From: Actinomycetota bacterium
Lineage (GTDB): Bacteria; Actinomycetota; Actinomycetes; Actinomycetales; Microbacteriaceae
NCBI GenBank assembly: GCA_039804765.1
Contig: JBDLVL010000002.1
Span: forward strand, 24,739-88,738
Reading direction: 5' to 3'
DNA: 64,000 bases
Shown: in pieces, positions 58,781-64,000 of the stretch
How positions within the stretch are numbered: position 1 is the first letter of the stretch
Layout of the letters: every line of letters starts with the position of its first letter
The notes under the pieces: model-generated
What the model was told of the DNA's origin: nothing
Databases searched by the model: none
What the model saw: only the letters and a program-made list of their open reading frames with translations
Made by a program: the position numbers and the translations under genes

Positions 58781-60049
58781 CTGGCGCTCTGCTTCACCAA
58801 CGTAAATCTGCTGAGGGCGACCAATCTTGGTGGCCGGATCAACATTCATCTCGCGCCAGTGCGCGATCCAACCAGGCAGTCGACCCATTGCGAACAACGC
58901 GGTAAACATTCGAGGCGGGAATCCAAGTGCCTTGTAAATCACGCCGGTGTAGAAGTCAACGTTTGGGTAAAGCTTGCGCTCCTGGAAGTAAGGATCAGCA
59001 AGTGCAGCTGCCTCAAGTTCCTTGGCGATCTGAAGTAGCGGATCTTTCACTCCAAGTTCAGCAAGCACCTGATCGGCGGTTGCCTTAACAATTCGCGCAC
59101 GCGGGTCTAGGTTCTTGTAAACGCGGTGACCGAATCCCATCAATCGGATTCCGTCTTCCTTGTTCTTTACGCGCTGAATGAAAGCCTGAACGCTCTCGCC
59201 TGAATCCTGAATGTGCTGCAGCATCTCAAGCACTGCCTCGTTTGCACCACCATGTAGCGGACCAAACAAAGCATTGATGCCAGAAGAAATAGAAGCGAAC
59301 AGATTTGCCTGGCTTGAACCCACCAAACGAACGGTTGAGGTTGAGCAGTTCTGCTCGTGGTCTGCGTGCAGCACCAACAGGGTGTCAAGCGCCTTGGTAA
59401 CCACCGGGTTCTGCACGTAGTCTTCGGCCATGTTGCCAAAGTTCAAACGCAAGAAGTTCTCTACATAGTTAAGCGAGTTATCTGGGTAAAGCAAAGCTTG
59501 ACCCATGCTGTTCTTGTGTGCGTAGGCAGCAAGAACTGGAAGCTTGGCAAGCAAGCGAATGGTTGAAAGTTCAACTTGCTCAGGATCGTGTGGATCTAGT
59601 GAATCCTGATAGAAAGTAGACAACGCCGATACACCGGCAGCAAGCACAGCCATTGGGTGTGCGTTCTGCGGCATTGCGTGGAACAAGTTCTTAAGGTCCT
59701 CGTGCACCAACGTGTGACGCTGAATCTTTTCTTCAAACTTCTTTAGTTCGGCAGGAGTTGGCAGCTCACCATAAATAAGTAGCCAAGCGGTTTCTAGAAA
59801 TGACTTTGAACCGGCAAGCTGTTCGATTGGGTAACCACGGTGACGAAGAATTCCCTTTTCACCGTCAATGAAAGTGATTGCAGATTTGGTTGAAGCGGTG
59901 TTTACGAAGCCCTGGTCGTAGGCGGTAAGTCCAGTCAGTGAAGTTAGCTTTGAGATGTCAACTGCATCGTGGCCGTCTACGGCTGCAATTACAGGAAGGT
60001 CTGCGGTGATCTCACCGTAGGTGACTGTTACTTTATCGCTCGAGGTCAT
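58760..60049 (-). CDS. gltA: Citrate synthase (type II)
   Basis: YDQGFVNTAS, IDGEKGILRHRGY, HADHEQNCST, GPLHGGAN, MGFGHRVYK, YPNVDFY. Confidence 0.96.
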   Translation of the reverse strand: MTSSDKVTVTYGEITADLPVIAAVDGHDAVDISKLTSLTGLTAYDQGFVNTASTKSAITFIDGEKGILRHRGYPIEQLAGSKSFLETAWLLIYGELPTPAELKKFEEKIQRHTLVHEDLKNLFHAMPQNAHPMAVLAAGVSALSTFYQDSLDPHDPEQVELSTIRLLAKLPVLAAYAHKNSMGQALLYPDNSLNYVENFLRLNFGNMAEDYVQNPVVTKALDTLLVLHADHEQNCSTSTVRLVGSSQANLFASISSGINALFGPLHGGANEAVLEMLQHIQDSGESVQAFIQRVKNKEDGIRLMGFGHRVYKNLDPRARIVKATADQVLAELGVKDPLLQIAKELEAAALADPYFQERKLYPNVDFYTGVIYKALGFPPRMFTALFAMGRLPGWIAHWREMNVDPATKIGRPQQIYVGEAERQLKGFFN

Positions 60050-60089
60050 CGAAGCTCCTAGTGCTTTGGTTGCGCCCTGATTAGGCCTT

Positions 60090-61199
60090 TTATAAGCCTA
60101 TGGCATCGCGCAACCTGCGCGCTCCCTCGGCAATCTTGTCATCGGTAGCTGTGATTGAGAAGCGAACAAATTGGGTGCTATGTTCGCCGTAAAAAGTTCC
60201 CGGCACAACCACGATGCCAAGATCGGCCATGCGGTCCACGGTCTTCCAGCAGTCTTCGCCAAGAGTTGCCCACAGGTACAGGCCGGCCTGGCTTTCTGCA
60301 AGACGGAAACCGTAAGCACGAACTGCTTCAAGCAGCACTTCGCGGCGCTCTCTGTAAATTTCTTTTTCCACACGGACGTGCTCTTCGTCACCCAAGGCAA
60401 CCACCATTGCACGCTGAACCGGACCCGGCGTGTTTAGGCCGGAGTGCATACGCAGGTTCACAAGGCCCTTAATTAGTGAGGCCTCTCCCACAGCAAATGC
60501 CGCACGGTAACCGGCCATGTTTGATTGCTTGCTGAGCGAGTAAACCGCAAGCACACCATCGTGACTGCCACCGCAAACTCGCGGGTCAAGCACGCTTGGA
60601 ATTAATTTGTCACTCCACTCGCCCCAGCCAAGTTCTGCGTAGCACTCGTCACTTGCCAAAAGTGCGCCAAGCTCGCGAGCACGATCAACCGCAGCCTTCA
60701 TCTCAGCAACATCCATCACGCGGCCATCGGGGTTACCGGGTGAGTTAATCCAAATTAGTTTTGCATTGGCTGGCCACTTTGCCGGGTCATCTTCAGAAAT
60801 AATTTCGGCACCGCATAGCGCAGCGCCAACCACGTACGCGGTATAGGCAACTTTTGGCTGCACAACAACATCGCCAGGACCAAGGCCCATCAGCAACGGG
60901 AGCCATGAGATTAATTCCTTTGAACCAATCGTTGGCATAACTTGCTCTGGCTTGAGACCGGCAACTCCGCGACGGCGGGCAAACCACTCAACTACTGCGG
61001 CTTTGAATTCTGGCGAACCGCCAGTTGATGGATAGCCGGGAGCATTTGAAGATGCATTCAGTGCATCTTGAATGATTGCTGGAGTTGGGTCAACTGGTGA
61101 ACCGACTGAAAGATCTACTGCGCCACCGGCGTGCAGTGCAGCTTTAGCCGCGTAAGGCTTTAGCTGCTCCCACGGATATTCCGGCAGTCCATCAAACAT
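60090..61199 (-). CDS. dapC: N-succinyldiaminopimelate aminotransferase
   Basis: LPEYPW, DLSVGSPVDP, NSPGNP, SDECY, SLSKQSNMAGYR (PLP Lys). Follows fdxA. Confidence 0.9.
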   Translation of the reverse strand: MFDGLPEYPWEQLKPYAAKAALHAGGAVDLSVGSPVDPTPAIIQDALNASSNAPGYPSTGGSPEFKAAVVEWFARRRGVAGLKPEQVMPTIGSKELISWLPLLMGLGPGDVVVQPKVAYTAYVVGAALCGAEIISEDDPAKWPANAKLIWINSPGNPDGRVMDVAEMKAAVDRARELGALLASDECYAELGWGEWSDKLIPSVLDPRVCGGSHDGVLAVYSLSKQSNMAGYRAAFAVGEASLIKGLVNLRMHSGLNTPGPVQRAMVVALGDEEHVRVEKEIYRERREVLLEAVRAYGFRLAESQAGLYLWATLGEDCWKTVDRMADLGIVVVPGTFYGEHSTQFVRFSITATDDKIAEGARRLRDAIGL

Positions 61200-61212
61200 G
61201 CGAGGCTTTCGG

Positions 61213-61530
61213 CTAAGCCTGAGCAGGAAGTGCTGTGATTACTGAGTGGTCTGACTTAATCAAGCCAACCTTGGCAGCGCCGCCAGGTGAACCAATCTCA
61301 CTAAAGAATTCAACGTTGGCCTTGTAATACTCAGACCACTGCGATGGCAGGTCATCTTCGTAATAAATTGCCTCAACCGGACACACTGGCTCACAAGCTC
61401 CACAGTCAACACATTCATCGGGGTGAATGTATAGCATGCGGTCACCCTCGTAGATGCAATCAACCGGGCACTCTTCAATGCAAGCCTTGTCTTTAACATC
61501 AACGCAAGGAAGCGCGATTACGTAAGTCAA
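61213..61530 (-). CDS. fdxA: 7Fe ferredoxin
   Basis: MTYVIALPCVDVKDKACIEECPVDCIY...CVDCGACEPVCP. TTG start. Confidence 0.95.
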   Translation of the reverse strand: MTYVIALPCVDVKDKACIEECPVDCIYEGDRMLYIHPDECVDCGACEPVCPVEAIYYEDDLPSQWSEYYKANVEFFSEIGSPGGAAKVGLIKSDHSVITALPAQA

Positions 61531-61559
61531 TGTGAATCCTTTCGGGAACTGCGTCTAGT

Positions 61560-62690
61560 TTAACGATGACCGCGTGAACTTCTGCGCCACGCCCCAGGTT
61601 GAATCTTTGGAAACATGATTACCAACGCAAAAATTCCGATCGAGCCATAGGCCCAAATATTGCCTGCTTCGTTGCCAGGAATGAAAAGCTCTCCCCCCGG
61701 CTGACGCTGCGCCAGCCAGAGAATGGTTGCAGCCAGAGTTGCGGTTACTAGGTAAAGCGCACCTCGACTGCGGCGAAGCAACCGCAGGGCAATCGCCAAT
61801 GAAATGGTCATCACCAGGGCAACAATCAACCCGATAGGTTGCTCTGCGCCATTGTTTGCCTTCACCTGGTGCATCATCGTGCCTGCCAGAGCAAGCAAAA
61901 CCCCAAGTGGCATTGCCCATAAGAAGGTAAACGCTGAACGAACACCAACGAAGGCGCTTGGGGAAGACTTGCGAATGCGTTCTGGACGGTCGTAGCGAAT
62001 TTCTTTTCCAGGAACAACAGAGTAGGTCTCGGCATTCACGGCAACCTGGCTGGCATGAGCCTCGAGCGCAGCCTTCTTGATTGGTGCAGTCTTGGCATTA
62101 CCGATTTCGGCGTCAAACTGTTCGCGAGGTTCGGCAATCACCCAAAATTCTGGAGCGCGAGTGCGGCTTTGTTTGGAAATTTTTCTAATTGCCATCGCGG
62201 TTGCGTCGTGTGCCATCTTGTGGTCTGGGTGACCAAAACCTCCGCGACGGTTGTAAGTCAAAACTGCATCAGGCTTAAATTCTTTAATCTTGGCAGCGAT
62301 GTCATCGGCGATGATTGTGGTTGCTGCAGCTGCGAGTGCAAGTTCATCAAGATCACGTGGCTTTGCTGGCTTTCCCCATGGATTGATTCGCATTCCAGAA
62401 TCTATATAGGCGCGGGTGCCGGCAAATGCATGCTGTACGTTTCCGAATGCCTTGAGTGCTTCCATTAGCTCAGCTGCTCTGAACGAACCCATTGCGGCTA
62501 AGTCACCTTCAAGCGGCTTCAACTCATCTAGCTTTACCTTGCCACGCTCTCCGCGGGTAAGAGTGAACACCATTACTTCTGATTTGACTGCGATGCGGTC
62601 GGCAATTACATGCCCAGTAAAAAGACTTTCGTCATCTGGGTGCGCGTGCACAATTAGAAGTCGCTTTGGGGCAAATTTAGCTTTGGCCAT
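61560..62690 (-). CDS. PIG-L/MshB-like deacetylase fused to a C-terminal membrane domain
   Basis: HAHPDDE, TRGERG, DSGM, GGFGHPDH, AHASQ, followed by about four hydrophobic helices. Confidence 0.8.
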   Translation of the reverse strand: MAKAKFAPKRLLIVHAHPDDESLFTGHVIADRIAVKSEVMVFTLTRGERGKVKLDELKPLEGDLAAMGSFRAAELMEALKAFGNVQHAFAGTRAYIDSGMRINPWGKPAKPRDLDELALAAAATTIIADDIAAKIKEFKPDAVLTYNRRGGFGHPDHKMAHDATAMAIRKISKQSRTRAPEFWVIAEPREQFDAEIGNAKTAPIKKAALEAHASQVAVNAETYSVVPGKEIRYDRPERIRKSSPSAFVGVRSAFTFLWAMPLGVLLALAGTMMHQVKANNGAEQPIGLIVALVMTISLAIALRLLRRSRGALYLVTATLAATILWLAQRQPGGELFIPGNEAGNIWAYGSIGIFALVIMFPKIQPGAWRRSSRGHR

Positions 62691-62706
62691 GCTTCAACTT
62701 TAGGTT

Positions 62707-62740
62707 AAAAACAAAACCCCCGGCTAGAAGCCGAGGGTTT
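62707..62740 (-). terminator. Intrinsic terminator downstream of typA
   Basis: - strand AAACCCTCGGCT-TCT-AGCCGGGGGTTT-TGTTTTT. Confidence 0.8.
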
Positions 62741-62752
62741 CGCCTGAATCAA

Positions 62753-64000
62753 TTAGTTCTTCTCGCTTGCGTGCTTGCGCTGTGAGTACAGGCGGGCACG
62801 AATGTTTGAGTCCAACTCAACCTTGCGAATTCGGGTTGCCTCAGGGGTAACCTCTACACACTCATCTTCACGAGCGAACTCTAGACACTCTTCAAGTGAC
62901 AAGGTGCGCGGTGGAGTTAGTGACTGGAATTCATCAGATGATGCCGCACGCATGTTGGTGAGCTTCTTTTCCTTGGTGATGTTAACTTCCATGTCGTCGG
63001 CACGTGAGTTTTCGCCCACAACCATACCCGCGTAAACCTCGCTTGTTGGCTGAACGAAGAATGAACCACGCTCCTGCAAACCAATCATTGCAAATGGAGT
63101 AACCACACCAGCGCGGTCGGCGATAAGCGAACCGTTGTTGCGTGTGGTTATCTCGCCAGCCCATGCGTCGTAACCGGCTGAGATTGCGTTAGCAATACCG
63201 GTTCCCTTGGTCTGAGTTAGGAATTCGGTACGGAAACCGATCAGACCGCGGCTAGGAACACGGAACTCCATGCGAGTCCAACCAGTTGCGTTAGCAACCA
63301 TGTTCTTCATCTGGCCCTTACGTGCAGCCAGCAGCTGTGTCATTGAACCAAGGAATTCCTCTGGTACGTCAATGGTCAAGTCTTCGAATGGCTCGTGCAG
63401 CTTGCCATCGATGCGCTTGGTAACTACCTGTGGCTTACCCACGGTTAGCTCGTAGCCTTCGCGGCGCATCTGCTCAACAAGAATTGCAAGGGCAAGTTCA
63501 CCACGACCCTGAACCTCCCAGGCGTCTGGACGCTCGGTAGGCAGAACCTTGATCGACACGTTACCGATTAGTTCCTTGTCAAGGCGATCCTTGACCAAAC
63601 GTGCGGTTACCTTTGCGCCCTTTACGCGACCAGCCATTGGTGAAGTGTTGATACCAATGGTCATCGAGATTGCTGGATCGTCAACGCTAATCATTGGCAG
63701 CGGACGAACGTCGTTTGGATCAGCAAGAGTTTCACCAATGGTGATCTCTTCGATACCAGCAACCGCCACAATGTCACCAGGGTTTGCTTCTTCGGTTGGG
63801 AAGCGCTCAAGCGCCTTGGTCTTTAGCAGCTCAGTGATCTTCACGTTCTGAGTTGTGCCGTCTTGACGAACCCAAGCAACCTGCTGACCCTTCTTCAAAG
63901 TTCCGTTGAAGATACGTAGCAATGCAAGACGACCCAAGAATGGAGACGCGTCAAGGTTGGTGACGTGTGCCTGTAGCGGGGCTTCGTCGTCGTACTTTGG
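62753..64000 (-). CDS. typA: Translational GTPase TypA/BipA, 3' part (starts beyond the window)
   Basis: GRGELALAILVEQMRREGYE, PSRGLIGFR, YAGMVVGENSR, KKLTNMR, DECVEVTP. The frame stays open to the window edge. Confidence 0.96.
   Translation of the reverse strand, partial: PKYDDEAPLQAHVTNLDASPFLGRLALLRIFNGTLKKGQQVAWVRQDGTTQNVKITELLKTKALERFPTEEANPGDIVAVAGIEEITIGETLADPNDVRPLPMISVDDPAISMTIGINTSPMAGRVKGAKVTARLVKDRLDKELIGNVSIKVLPTERPDAWEVQGRGELALAILVEQMRREGYELTVGKPQVVTKRIDGKLHEPFEDLTIDVPEEFLGSMTQLLAARKGQMKNMVANATGWTRMEFRVPSRGLIGFRTEFLTQTKGTGIANAISAGYDAWAGEITTRNNGSLIADRAGVVTPFAMIGLQERGSFFVQPTSEVYAGMVVGENSRADDMEVNITKEKKLTNMRAASSDEFQSLTPPRTLSLEECLEFAREDECVEVTPEATRIRKVELDSNIRARLYSQRKHASEKN

Noticed and set aside
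1-64000. CRISPR arrays, tRNA/rRNA genes, IS elements, prophage, defence or toxin-antitoxin systems
   Set aside because: All intergenic gaps are under about 230 nt and none showed spaced direct repeats, cloverleafs or terminal inverted repeats; every long ORF has a housekeeping assignment. This was inspection by eye, so short elements could be missed.

Overview
Gene-dense housekeeping chromosome segment (GC roughly 50-55% by eye, very short intergenic spacers, about 50 of about 57 genes on the - strand). Protein content and gene order point to a streamlined Microbacteriaceae actinobacterium, probably a Rhodoluna/Aquiluna-like freshwater lineage (inference, no search run). From left to right: start of the dcw cluster (DUF3040-mraZ-rsmH-ftsL-ftsI-murE-murF'), idsA/Rv2175c-like/LysM/pknL/class II DAHP synthase/plsC/glucokinase/fadD, def-MinD-pyc-ParA, pgsA2-garA-MerR-MerR, a methylcitrate locus (GntR-prpDBC divergent from prpE, with TTGTATACAA operator candidates), tlyA-nadK-recN-pyrG-NUDIX-xerD-parA-scpAB-rluB-aroH-tyrA-cmk-der, recG-coaD-yceD-rpmF-rnc-mutM-smc-ftsY-ffh-rpsP-khpA-rimM, rsmD, and typA'-PIG-L-fdxA-dapC-gltA. 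I saw no rRNA, tRNA, CRISPR array, prophage, IS or defence island, and I cannot support a clearly novel multi-gene system. The best leads are: (i) rimM abuts tlyA with trmD absent, at an 'MRID' start that fits both TrmD and TlyA, and a second odd junction lies at rsmD/gltA; (ii) rimM has no canonical start codon near its conserved N-terminus (possible ATT start); (iii) a structured rpsP 5' leader; (iv) a degenerate mraW-type RNA; (v) a MurE with an altered substrate pocket (DHHPR); (vi) a Cys-flanked LysM domain in a hydrolase coupled to pknL; (vii) a ParA with a long C-terminal extension.
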